A DNA stretch of 64,000 nt from the human T2T-CHM13v2.0 reference genome, Homo sapiens. The stretch lies in the NCBI RefSeq assembly GCF_009914755.1, contig NC_060945.1; one strand, written 5' to 3'. Both the position numbers and the translations under genes were made by a program. Under the pieces are notes generated by a model that worked only from the letters and a program-made list of their open reading frames with translations, was not told the DNA's origin and ran no database searches. This document shows, in pieces, positions 41,109-53,767 of this stretch (its first letter is position 1; the number at the start of each line of letters is the position of its first letter).

Positions 41109-43626
41109 AGCTGGGCCGAGGGTCAGGCCTGGAGGTGGTGCCCATCACTGGGTCCCACTCAACAGAGAGGAGGCTGGGAAGCCAGGTGCAGCTGTGTGCC
41201 CACAGGCGGGTGAGACAGGACTGGGCCTGGATCCCGCACCTGCTCGCCGCGCAGCTCAGCGCAAGCGGCCTCCGGGGGCCTCCTCTCTGCAAGGGGAGCG
41301 CGCGCCCGGCCCTGACCCTGCCTGCTGATTCTCTGGAAGGTTCATGTCCAGGACTCCTCGGTGACCCTGGGCAGAGCCACCCACATGCGCTGCCTCCCCT
41401 CCCACCGCCTGACAGGTCTGGAGATGCCCAGAGACTTCTGGCATCCACCAGCAGCGAGGAGCGTCCCTCCCGCAAGGCTTGGCCTTTCCCCTCCAGCTTT
41501 GGCACAGGACGCGTTGGTCTGCCGTTTCTTTTGTGCACAACCATCAGTCATGATGTCAGCCCTGAGCTGGGGCCACAGAACCCTGAGCAAAGTGGGACAT
41601 AATGGAAAGCAAACAAAAAAGAAAGAAAATGATGGTTTCAAACTAAAAACCTGAGTTCACATAGCGATAGATTTAAAACTATTTTAGAAAACACTCATTA
41701 TCTCCCTGGCCTATTTTTTATTAAATTGACCAAATCTGTGGATACTCAATTGCTTGTGATGACTGCAAGCGCACATCCGAGTCCCCAGGGAGGCAGCTTC
41801 CCTTCGCTCTTCGCCAGCGCCCCTCAGTCCTAACTTTGAGGAGGGCACACGTGAGATTTCCTTTTACTAACAGAGAATCTCCAAATCCAGCCTTTTACCA
41901 GAAGCCTCTCCGAGAAACTGGGGTGAGTAAATCGCCGCTGCTGCTGCCACCTTCAGAGAGGCCTTGGGCGCCCGCCCCGACAGCCCCACACGGTCCCGGA
42001 ACTCGGGCCAGGCAACGCCCTCTCCTCCGTGCGGGGCTTAGTCATCGCCGTGCCGCTTGGCAGTGGTCTGTGGCCCCCTCAAAATGTTTCCATTTATGGA
42101 GAGAACGTGGCCTTCCCGATTTGCTGGCACAGATGGGAAAGCTCAAGCGCTCGGGCGGCCTCAGGGTTTCTCTCAAGGGCAGCAGAGGTCAGGGCCTGCA
42201 GGCTGGATGGAAGCTCCCCGCCCGGCCCGGGGGTCTCTGTGCTGCTGCGCTCCCGCCCGGCTCCTTCACAAACCTCCACCAAGTGTGGGACGTGGGCGTG
42301 GGGGGGTGGGCGGTGCCCACCCTGATGGGCACTGTGGTCGTCCACTGGTTCTGTTTGTTTAAAGTCTGGGCCTGAAGGCCTGCATGTCTCACCACACAGG
42401 ACCCTCCCTGCCCGTGACGGGTGGCAGATGGGGTGTAGGCAGCCCCCGTGCTGCCCCTTCCCCAACCCGGGGGTGCACTTGTGTCGGGGCTGGGGTGGCC
42501 GTAGTGGCCCTAGATGTCTGCAGCTGGTGGGCAAAGGCAACACACCCTAAACCCACACCTGGCCCTCGGGCCCACCACGGTGCACGCACCCAGCAGCTGA
42601 AACTGCCTGGCTCCCCCAGCGTCTCTCCCAGGACCACAGCCCCCCAGCGACCGCTCAGCACTTCTGTGGCTTCGGCGGCAGCGCCCGCGGCTTCCTGTCA
42701 CTCTCCCAGCTGGCTGAAGGCACAGACCCTCAGCTTCCACAACCCACAACTCCGGGAGGGGATTCCCAACCACAGACAGGGGTCTTTCCCCCGCAGGAAA
42801 CCTCCCACCCTTCTTCAGGCTGTCAGTGAAACGGCAGCCACTTTTCAAAATAACAGTTTCTCCCTTTACGTGACATTAAAGAGGAAAGCACTCTGCCTTC
42901 ACCTCAGTTCCGTCGCCCACACGACAATCTCTAGGGGGCTGGGGCTGTGAGTCCCCACCACGCAGGTGCCCAGTGGGCGGGGTCGGGGAGGGTGGTGGGA
43001 TCGATGGTAAGGCTTCGAGCTTTATTCCACGTCTCCCTTGAAGAAACTGACTTCTGTGACTGGAAAGATCGGGTGCTCCTGCCTAGAAAGATCCAAGCCA
43101 TCCAACTTACAGCTGGGCTTTCATGTTAAACCCAGGGAGTGGGGTCTGATCCCTGCTCACAGCCTGGGCAGGTAGCACCGTGCTGGGGAGACGTCCAAAC
43201 GAAGGTGCTGGGGCTCAGCTCCCTGCAGGTGGGTCCCGCGGCTCCTGTCCCCCGCGCGGGTGATGTGGCCTCGCCGTGTTCCCGATCGGCTCCCCACAGA
43301 GGCTGCACGTCTTGTGCATCCTCAGTGTCAAAGTAAAATGTCTGAAAAGTTAAAAACATGCCTCTCTCCAAATGCAGGGTAAAGACACAGCTGAGCCTCT
43401 CTTCAGCAGGGAGACGGCAGGGCTGGTGCGGGAGGGGTCGGAGGAGCAGGGACAGTGGGGCCTCAGGAGAGACACTGGGGGGGGAGGCTGTGGGGCAAAA
43501 CCCTGCGCCCTACACAGCAGAGAAGCTGAGCCCAGCAGCGCGGTGCTTCCGTGCACCTTTCCTAGAGAGAGACACGAAACTTCACAGAACTGGAGCCCTG
43601 AATGAACCATGATGTCAAACATGAGC

Positions 43627-44328
43627 ACACAGGTTCACAGGCCCAACACCCCACAGGCCCACACAGTCACAGAGTCACAGGTCCACACGTCCACAGGTCC
43701 AACACCCCACAGGCCCACATGGTCACAGATTCACAGGTCCACACACTCACAGGTCCACAGGTCCACACGTCCACAGGTCCACACACTCACAGGTCCACAG
43801 GTCCACATGTCCACAGGTTCACACATCCACAGGTCCACACACTCTCAGGTACACAAACTCTCAGGTTCACAGGCCCAACACCCCACAGGCCCACACAGTC
43901 ACAGATTCACAGGTCCACACGTCCACAGGTCCACACACTCACAGGTCCACACGTCCATGGTCCACATGTCCACACACTCACAGGTCCACGGGTCCACACG
44001 TCCACAGTCCACAGGTCCACAGTTCCACACACTCACAGGTCCACAGGTCCACACATCCACAGGTCCACACACTCACAGGTCCACATGTCCACAGGTCCAG
44101 CAGTACACGGGTTCACACGCAGTCCACGGGTCCATGGGTTCACACATCTACAGTACAAAGGTTCACAGGTACACAGATCCAGAGGTCCACAGGTTCACAC
44201 ATACATGAGTTCATAGGTCCACAGGTAAAGTGGTCCACAGGTTCAGACACCCACAGGTCCATAGGACCACACATTCACAGGCTCACAGGTCTGCCAGTCC
44301 ACAGGTCCACAGGTCCACAGGTTCACAG
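43627..44328. repeat. Degenerate (ccacaggt)n-type array
   Basis: 8-bp core cacaggtc with cacacact spacers; block repeat at 43630 and 43862. Confidence 0.9.
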
Positions 44329-44479
44329 CACTAACACGACAAGAAGCTGGCATACCATACCCCAGTGTGACGCTGAATGGCCCCATCTCTTTCCCACTTG
44401 CCCATATCCAAGTTTTAAATAACCCAAGGTTACAAGTAAGGACACCAGGACATAAACACTTCCCCGAGCCCTATTCTTT

Positions 44480-45493
44480 AGTGGCTTTGTCGATAGGCTG
44501 TGTAGACATGGATGCCCACCTGAGCCCATTGCTCAGTGTCTGTATGGACAGGTGGTGTGGACATGGAAGCTCGCCTGAGTCCGTCCCTCAGTGTGTGTGT
44601 GTGGACAGGTCGTGTGGACGTGGACGTTTGCCTGAGTGCGTCCCTCAGTGTCTGTGTGGACAGGTCGTGTGGTCATGGATGTTTGCCTGAGCCCGTCCCT
44701 CAGTGTCTCTGTGGACAGGTCGTGTGGACATGGACATTTGCCTGAGTCCGTCCCTCAGTGTCTCTGTGGACAGGTCATGTGGATGTGGACATTTGCCTGA
44801 GTCCGTCCCTCAGTGTCTCTGTGGACAGGTCGTGTGGTCATGGATGTTTGCCTGAGTGCGTCCCTCAGTGTCTGTGTGGACAGGTCATGTGGACGTGGAT
44901 GTTTGCCTGAGCCCGTCCCTCAGTCTCTCTGTGGACGGGTCGTGTGGACGTGGATGTTCCCCTGAGCCCGTCCCTCAGTGTCTGTGTGGACAGGTCATGT
45001 GGACGTGGATGTTTGCCTGAGCCCGTCCCTCAGTGTCTCTGTGGACAGGTCTTCTGGACGTGGATGTTCCCCTGAGCCTGTCCCTCAGTGTCTGTGTGGA
45101 CAGGTCGTGTGGTCATGGATGTTCGCCTGAGTCCGTCCCTCAGTCACTCTGTGGACAGGTCGTGTGGACGTGGACATTTGCCTGAGTCCGTCCCTCAGTG
45201 TCTGTGTGGACAGGTCATGTGGACGTGGATGTTTGCCTGAGCCCGTCCCTCAGTGTCTGTGTGGACAGGTCGTGTGGACGTGGACATTTGCCTGAGTCCA
45301 TCCCTCAGTCTCTCTGTGGACAGGTCATGTGGACGTGGATGTTTGCCTGAGCCCGTCCCTCAGTGTCTGTGTGGACAGGTCATGTGGTCATGGATGTTTG
45401 CCTGAGCCCGTCCCTCAGTCTCTCTGTGGACAGGTCGTGTGGATGTGGATGTTCCCCTGAGTCCATCCCTCAGTGTCTGTGTGGACAGGTCAT
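44480..45493. repeat. 55-bp minisatellite, ~18 copies
   Basis: Unit gtccctcagtgtctgtgtggacaggtcgtgtggacgtggatgtttgcctgagccc. Confidence 0.97.
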
Positions 45494-46600
45494 CTACACA
45501 GCCCCATCTGCCTTCAGCAAGCACAAGGAGATATCACACACCAGGGTGAAACAGTCACAGAGGCCGCCAAAGCAGCCACATCCAGAACTTTCTAAAGGTT
45601 AAAGGGTTGCATGGATGAAGGTATTTATTAAAAAGTTAGTAAGTCATGTTGAAGAACTCATTTTTAGAAGTTCTTCTGAGAGAGCCCACACCTCACTTTT
45701 CCTGATGTACCGGTCACAGGGCTCTGATGGAGGAGGGCTGTGGACCCACTCCCAACCCACAGCCTTGGTGGCCCTGGGCAGGCCACCCTTCCCCACCCTG
45801 GCTCTCAGTCCCCATTCATCATGGGACCTTCAGTTCTACAGCTAGGGAAGGATTGTGGTTTGGAGAAGAAATGCAGCCCCGGTCATGCCACAGTATGGAG
45901 GGGCCGTCCCTTCCCCCAGTTCCTCTTGTCCCCCCTCCGAAGCGTCGTTCTGCAGCTTGGCGTTCAGCTCTGACTGGCTTCCTTTAGCCTTGCTTTTCCA
46001 GTGAGGGGTGACTGTGGTGAAACAAGGATCATGAGAATCCATTCAGCCAAAACTCACAGTGGAAGTGGGTCACAGGGTGACCACAGTGAGTCATGCTGGA
46101 GAGGCTCAACCCCCACCTCCCTCGGCTGCCTGGGTCCTCTGGGGATTTCCAGTGGAAAGTCTCTACTTCTGACTCAAGAAGGATGAGGTGGCCCATCCCA
46201 GTGGGAACACTTAAGGAAGTCAACGCAACGGAAATCGATTTGAAATAAACGTTTAGTAAGCTTTTCTGAATCTGTTTGCCAGACCCTGTTCATTATGTCA
46301 AAGTAGGCAAGAGGCCGCATAAATTTGGATGGTATTGGAAACAGTTATCATGCAAGAGTCCTTTCCAGCTCTCGAAAGATGGTTGAGTTGGAAACAGATG
46401 GCGATGGTTGGGGCACATTTCAGACATGGGGAAAAACATAAGAGAAATGAGAGGCAGGGACCTCATGCTCCGTCCTTGGGGAATGGAAAGGGTCCCTTTG
46501 ACAGGGAAACTCCAGCACTGGCTGTGTCGCCGACTCCTGAACTCAGGTGCTCCAGGGAGGGAGCATCTCTTCATGCTCTGACCTTTATGCCAACCCTTTC

Positions 46601-47318
46601 TGAAACCACCTCTGCAAAAATTATAATAGTGGGGAAAGTATACAGTGAAAGAGATCTTATCTAACCAGCCCCATCTCACTTTTAACCTCCAAACTGCCTT
46701 TGGTCATTCCTGGGCTTGGCAAGCTAACTTGGGAGGAATTTGGTTTATAGTTTAAATGATAATACCCCTTTCCCAAAACTAAACCACCTTTGTAAACCTA
46801 ACGAAAGACCACCAGGTTAGGAGGACGAGAGGCACCTGAATTTTGCTAAGATGTAGGCAAAAACGATGACCAGCCATTATGCCAGAGGTCACAAGATTTG
46901 CAACGTCTCCACTTACTCCCACAGATCACATCACTATTGTAGAACCTGAGATTGGCCTTTTGGGAAGTCTTTACAGGCTTCTGCATTTCTGATGACTGCC
47001 CCACTCTGACCCGTGACTCTGGGCTCAACTGCTACTGCAGCCCCCACCCAGAAGTGGACTCAGTGCACAAGGACCCTTTTCCATCCGTAAGACTGCCTCC
47101 CCAGCCAATCAACAGCACCCATTCCCTAGACCCCTGCTCACCAAACTATTGTTGAAAATCCCTGGCCTCTAAATTTTCAGGGAGATTGATTTAAGTAGTG
47201 ACTCTGTCTCCCATGTGGCATGGCCAGCCCCATGTTAATTAAGCTCTTTATTGCAAAGCCATGGTCTCGGTGAATTGGTTTTGTCTGTGCAGGGGGAGGA
47301 AGAACCCACCAGGAAACA
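46601..47318 (+). mobile_element. ERV1 solo LTR, LTR8A/LTR8B-like
   Basis: Starts tgaaaccacctctgcaaaaattata...cagtgaaagagatct; TG..CA ends; flanking direct repeat ctttc. Confidence 0.85.
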
Positions 47319-48065
47319 CTTTCCTCCTTCCTGACTTGGATCTGTCCTGGTGCCATCATAATCCCAGAGCCCCAGGCTCCATCTCAGAGCTGAGTTTGGG
47401 TCACCCTCTGCCTTAAGCCGTCCAACTGCTGTCAGTGTAGACGCTTCCTTGGTGGAGACGTCTCATCTCCACCCCACTTTTCCCCTTCCCATACCATGTT
47501 AGGCCCCATGTGTGACCTCTATTTTGGCCGTTGTAAGCCATTCTTAGATTTTCTACAAACCAGACAGAAATTTCTCTAACTCCCAGCAATAGTGGTTGCT
47601 TCCCTGTATACAGCACAGACTCAAGTTCTGGGTTTCCAGAAAGGTGCATTAAAGGGTGAAATCAAATGTTCAGCTCTGTGGGAAGCTGAGAAGTGCAAGT
47701 GCCTCTCATCTGGCCAGAAACATTTATGTGGTCAAGCTGTGCCAAGCTCTGCTGAAGGCAGCGGAGCACCATCCCCTGTTGTCCTTCCTCAGTTTCCTCT
47801 TCACCCATCCCCTTCGAGCACTGTCTACAAAAGAAGAAAATGCACATTTGAAGAAAAGACAGCTAAGTGGAGCCAACATTTTGGTCATATGAATCACTCG
47901 TTGGTTTGTTTGTGATATTTGTTTCTCATTAAGTTGTGAGAAGAACACAGAGGAACACACAAGCACTTGGAATTGTTCTAAATCTTGGGATAAAGGATCT
48001 AACACTTTAAGGCTCAACCCTTAAGACCCTGGAGACTTCACTAGGAACCTTCTTCAGGCTGTTTT

Positions 48066-48282
48066 CTGGCTTATTCTGCACAGGGCAGGTTGGACAGAGA
48101 GGCTGCATGACCACCAGTGTCTAGCCCTGGTGGACTCTGGCTTATTCCACACAGGGCAGGTGGGACAGACTGGCTGCATGACCACTGGTGTCTAGCCCTG
48201 GTGGACACCGGCTTATTCTGCACAGGGCAGGTTGGACAGACAGGCTGCATGACCACAGGTGTCTAGCCCTGGTGGACACTGC
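48066..48282. repeat. 71-bp tandem repeat, 3 copies
   Basis: ggcttattctgcacagggcaggttggacaga...tgtctagccctggtggac at 48068, 48139, 48210. Confidence 0.95.
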
Positions 48283-48518
48283 CTTTCTCAGGGTTTTCTT
48301 ATTTGCTGTGTCTTCCATGGCTGCCTCACTCCTCATCAGTTATGGGCTATAGTAAGCCCCAGCAACAAACTCTGACACAGGCAAGTCTGCCTCCACCATG
48401 CACCATGGGTCATCCAGCTACCGGTCTACAGAGCAGTGTGGCCAGGGGTCTGGCCTGAAACTCAGGAAAAGAAGGACCCTGGCCCATTCCCACCTACTAA
48501 ACTGCAGATCTCAAGCAC

Positions 48519-49048
48519 TGTTTAAAAAAAATCTTTAGACAAATTAAATTTAGCAGTTTACTTGAGCAAACAACAATTCACGAATCAGGCAGCACCCAGA
48601 ACCTCCAGAGGTTCAGCAAGTTCCACCCAGAAACATGGGCAGGCAGCACTTATAGACAGAACCCGGAAGTGAGACACAGAAACAGCCTGATTGGCTATAG
48701 CTGGACGTCTGCCTCATATGGGTGTGGTCTGATCTGTTGGCAGCCTGTGATTGGCTGAAGCTTGGCTGCTGTGATTGACTGAAACTCGGATACTTGTTAA
48801 AAGAATACCAGAAGCCCCTCAACTTACAGTAAGGTTATGGCCCAATAAATGCATCATAAGTAGAAAAAATCATGAGTCAAAAAATGCATTTAATGCCCCA
48901 ATAAACCCATTGAAAAACAAAAAAAAATCATAAACCAGTGTCAGGGATCACTTGAACATGCTTAGTTAGGTTGCAGCTTGTTTACATCCTGAGGTAGGTT
49001 GCAGTTCACTACATATGGGGGCAGCTTCAGGCCAAACTTAATTTAACA
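48519..49048 (-). mobile_element. ERV1 solo LTR, MER57-like
   Basis: Reverse complement starts tgttaaattaagtttggcctgaagctgcc; 4-bp TSD gcac; CCAAT boxes and an ETS site ccggaagtg inside. Confidence 0.8.
48809..48954. mobile_element. Tigger-type MITE (MER47-like) nested in the LTR
   Basis: cagaagcccctcaacttacagtaaggttatggcccaataaa...aaaatgcatttaat resembles the recalled MER47 terminus. Confidence 0.65.
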
Positions 49049-49464
49049 GCACCCATAACCCACCCTGGGAGCCCGCATGTGCCCACAGCCCCACAGAGGT
49101 CCTCTGACCCCAAATATGCTCAACAAGAGGCTAGGCAGCCTGGACCTGTCACCTGAAGGGGAAGCCAGATCCTCCCCACCCAGAGAGGCCAGAAGTTCAG
49201 TGCCTGTCCAAGTCACCTGCACCCAGCGGGAGGGAGCCCTGCCCTTCAGAAGTCACAGGGACCTGGCACCAGGGGCCCCGTAAAGCCCAGCAGCATCTGG
49301 GGTGTGGGTTCCACTCGCTGGTTGTGGAAACTGCAGGGGATGCTGAGGGTCCTGCCAGCCCTGCCCGGAGCCCGTCCAGGATCAGTGCCTGTGCAGTAGT
49401 CACGCCTGCCATCTCCGCTGCCTCTACTCACGCTGATTTCATCGGACTTGAGAGAAAGGGGGGC

Positions 49465-49930
49465 CACAGCAGCGTTTTCACAATAGCTAAAAGGTGGAAG
49501 CAATCCACGTGTCCCCAGTGGATGAATGGATAAAGAAAACGTGTCTATCCATGCAACGGAGTATCATTCAGACGTGAAAAAGGACGAAGTCCTGACGCGT
49601 GCTACAACGTGGATGAGCCCGAGACGAGTTCTGCTGAGCGAAGGAATCCAGACACAAACGGCTCCTGTTGTAGGATTCATTTATACGACTTGGTCAGCAT
49701 AGGCAGATCCACAGAGACAGAAGGCAGGCTGGGAGGTGCCAGGGGCTGGAGGACTGAGGAACGGGCAGGGGGGCATCTACTTCACGAGGGCGAGGTTTCC
49801 TCTTGGGGAAATGAAATGTTCTGGAACTGGACCGAGGTGGGGGTTGCACAGCACTGTGAAAGTACTAAATGCGGCTGAACTGTACACTTTTAAAAAGGTT
49901 AAAATAATGGATCCTGAATTTTATCTCAAT
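49465..49930 (+). mobile_element. L1MB-type 3' end
   Basis: ttcacaatagctaaaaggtggaagcaatcc...ggcagatccacagagacagaaggcag...tgaattttatctcaat. Confidence 0.85.
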
Positions 49931-49931
49931 T

Positions 49932-50078
49932 AGGAAGGAAGGAAGTGAGGAAGGGAGGGAGGACGGAAGGAAAGGAGGACGGAAGAGAGGAAGGGAGGGA
50001 GGGAGGAGGGAAGAAGGAAGGAAGGAAGGGATGGAGGGAGGGAGGGATGGAGGGAGGGAGGGAGGGAGGAGGAGAGAG
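49932..50078. repeat. GGAA/GGGA polypurine tract at the L1 tail
   Basis: aggaaggaaggaag...ggagggagggag. Confidence 0.9.
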
Positions 50079-51544
50079 GCTGTTCGGGTCTCTCGTGGTG
50101 GGCGCCTGACACCTGTCATCTGAGAGTGCTCTGCTCCCCTGGGAGGCATGGAGGATGGCACTGGGGGGTGCTTGAGAGATGGAATAAACACGCCAAGGCC
50201 CAGAGGGGCCACCCAGCTGCTTTACAGGGAGGCAAGAGCCAGGGACTGCCCAGGTGACCGGCCAGCAGCAGGGCTGAGTCCCGCCTGTGTCATGCTTGCC
50301 TGGCCCTGTGTGCGGCGCCCCTTCCTCCGGGCCTGGTTGAGGGGAGACGGCCTCACCCCACTGCTTGGGAGTGCGCTGGCAGTGCCTGCAGCTCCTCCAC
50401 CCTCGACGTGGGTGCTGCGGGATGAACTGGAGGTTGCATCTGGCTGTGGGCCTTTTCCTTAAGTTCACAGCCTCCACCTTTCCGCCCGATTGCTGATGCT
50501 CAGTGTGCTGATGGGACCTTCCCTCCCACTCATAACCACCTAGAATGCAGCCGGTGTCTCCCTGCGGCTGGTGGTGTTTCAGAGCTAACAGTCCGCACAA
50601 TGTGTCACTGGCCCTGGCCGTTACTCCATGCGGAGCCACCACTCCTGGCCCCTTTCCCCATGGAAAAGCCAGCTCCTCTCCTCCTTCCTGTGGACACCGG
50701 GCGGGGGCCGGAGGGGCCGCCAGCAAAACAGAGCGCGCTGGGACTGGGGCGTGGCCGACTGTGTCTCTTCCATGCTCTCAGATACTTTGGAAGTCAGTTT
50801 GGATTTTTGTGGAAACTTTATTTTTTTTACTTTCCCTCTCGTTTCTCTGGTAACCTCAAAAACAAACACACACAGCTGTGTCACCTGGCTCCCTGCTACA
50901 TTTTTCCAGCAGACACCTAGGGCTTGGACTCCAGAGGTCCAGGCGCCAAGCTCACTCTCTGTTAACCCCTCCTGTCCCGCTCAGGCCACACCCCAGCCCT
51001 GCCACAGAGCTGGGTGGGAAACGCCTCTTCCAGGGCCCCGGGGAGAAGGAACCGGGGCTGCTGCCTCCACCCGCAGAAGAAGAGGTTTCTCCCCAGACCT
51101 TTCTAGCAGAAAATGAAACAAACAGGAAACAGCCCTGCTTCCGCACCAGGCTGAAGACCCCTGTCTCTAGAAGTCACAGAATGTGTTGCTGGAAAGGCAG
51201 GAGCCTTTATTCCAGCCTTCTCGTTGCAAAATTAGGACTCCAGGAGCAAAGAGAAGGCCGCACAGTGAATGGGTGGCAGAGCCAGAACGGGGAACCCTCA
51301 TTCCTGGACCGCCTCCTGCCTGACCTTCCCGCCTTGCAGCCCCTGAGAACAGCAGCGCCTGTGCGGCCGGAGGCCCCCGGGACCCAGGGCGGCTGCTTCT
51401 CCAATTCCTTTCCTGCTGACTTGTTCTATTTTTGTTCTAAACAAAGAATTCCATGTTTCTACCCGGTTTTGAATCCCAAATATATACTGTGACAACACAA
51501 ATTTCCTAACACATACAGCGTTATCAGCCAAGTTCCCTGCCCTT

Positions 51545-51610
51545 CATTAATTCACCAAATGGTTGTTCAGCACGTACTGAGAGCAAAGCGCTGTGTTGGG
51601 GGCCGGGGGA
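51545..51610 (-). mobile_element. L2 3' end fragment
   Basis: cattaattcaccaaatggttgttcagcacgtactgagagcaaagcgctgtgttggg. Confidence 0.5.
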
Positions 51611-53767
51611 AGGAGGCCTGGTGTGAGCCCTGCTCTCCGACAAGGCGATGCAGAGACAAGTCGGTGCACAGTGCAGGCCACAGCGCGTGGCTCACGGGTG
51701 TGCATGGAAAGCCACCACCCTCCGTGGCGTTCTGCAGGAGAATATCTGTTGCTTTGGCCTCTCAGCAAACACAATTTAGTATTTACATCCTTATTCTTAC
51801 ACCCAAAGGAAACAAAAATATGAAACAATTATGAAAATCTCCAGGTGTCCACCAGGCTTTGCAAGCACAGCCGTTGCTCCCAGCTACGTGGCTGCACCGA
51901 CGCTGGCCACGGTTCAGCCACTCTGGGTCTCTGCTGGAGGGAAGGACGGCGGACTCAAGCTATCCCGTTGTTCTCTAAGCAACCTTATCTTAGGGAGCAC
52001 CAGCCATACGTTAGATGAGGGTGTAGACACAGATAATAGACAGTGCTTCACAGCTTATAGGAAGGTTAGGGGAGAGAATTTCAAGCAAAATAATCATTTG
52101 AAAAGCAACTTCTAACTCTCCCATCCAGGAGCCCTTTAGAAACGTATCTAGGCTAGCAATTCCCCACCCTCTTTAAAAATGCGTGCGGGCTGGGAGCCAG
52201 AGGGAAGGCTGAGCTGCCGCCCAGAAGCTGCCCTGCCTTCGTGGAAGTGAGAAGCCAGCAGGAGCAGCTGGGGGCTGTCTGCAAGGCTCCCTCCTGCAAG
52301 GGACCCAGGCCCAGGACACAGGGCCAGAGGGAGGGGACTGTTGGGCCATAGACCCCGACGCCCCTGTCTCTGTGGAGGTGGGTCGCTGGGGCCACGGCCG
52401 CAGCTGGGGGCTCCAGAATGTCCAGCCACAGAGTCTCCGCTCCTGTGCAGGCTCTCAGCTCCCGCCCTGCATGCTGGATTGTAACCCATGAGGCCTCGCC
52501 GCCGCAGGCTGGAGCGTAACCCGACACAAACTCGGGGTCAGTCTTTCCCTTCATCTGGCTGAAAAGGAGCTCGGCTGGGAACGTCCTTCAGTCCCAGACA
52601 GGCCCCTCTCAGTTCCAGCATCACCCTAAAAATGAGGCACTTAGACCTCCCTCAAAAACACTGAATGAAGAAAATCACTGGAATTCATTTTTTAAATACT
52701 GCCCCTCAGAAGAAAAAAGACAAGAGGTGCTAGCTCAGGCCCTTCCAGAAGCAGAGGCCGGATGGGCCTGGATGCGGAGCGTCTGGGGAGGAAGAGGAAG
52801 GGAGCCGGGGAAGCAGAGAGTTCGGTGGGAGTGGGGCCTGGGACTCCAGCTCAGGTGGGGGAGCTCAGACAGGCCAACAGTGTTCTCGAGCTCAGCTCAG
52901 CACTGCAAGGGGTCCCGTGTGTCCCAGGAACGGAGCTGGGAGCACGCGGCCAGGCCCACTGAGGTGGAGGAGCTGGGAGCTGCCCATCATTCCACTCCCT
53001 GCGTACCGCACTCCCCGCTGTCTCACTCGCTCCCCTGGGCATTGGCCAGAGCCACTCCGAGGCTCTCACCGGCCTCTCCTCCCTGCCAGGGGTCTCGGGG
53101 CCACAACTGATGCACGTCCCTCCCTCCATTCCGAATCCCCCCACCCGCAGCAGCTATCACCCGGGCAAGTCTCAATGGCTCCCCTGGGGCATGGCTCAAG
53201 CCCTGTGGCCAGTACAAGGGGGCACGGGGCACCAGGCGAGACGCCTGGGTTTCACACGCGTGCCCCCGGCCAATGCCTCCTGCCAAGACGGTGACTTCCC
53301 TTCTTACCTGCTGGTCCTGGGACATAAGGAGTCCAAAGTGCCCTGGCAGCAGATAGAACACCGGGTCTAAGGACACCGGGTCTAAGGGGACTCGGAGGAC
53401 AAGACCTTCAACCCCGCAGAGATCAGAGGTGCAGGGCAGGAAGCACCACATTCTCCCAGGACTGCTGGGAGTGACCGGAGTGGGCATTTCCGCTCCCAGC
53501 CTTGGGTTCCTGGACCCATCAATTCTTCCTGATGGGATGCAGCACATACAAGCGCCTGATTCTGCACAGACACTGCACCCTGAAGGAGCCATCCGCCCCC
53601 CTGCAAGCCCCACTCTAGTCGGGGACCCCAATGACATTGTAGTCTCTGAGTAACAGATTCAGACTATGCGTCCAGTTGTCTTCACATGTCTGAACCTCCT
53701 CCTTTCCGTCTACAGCCACCCAGTTAAATAACAGCGGATAATTTTCTTCCTGCCCATCGACCCATCT

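Noticed and set aside
49932-50078. EWS-FLI1-type GGAA microsatellite enhancer
   Set aside because: Only about three consecutive GGAA; mostly GGGA; looks like a decayed L1 tail
53358-53387. 15-bp perfect tandem duplication acaccgggtctaagg
   Set aside because: Ordinary slippage duplication with no further structure
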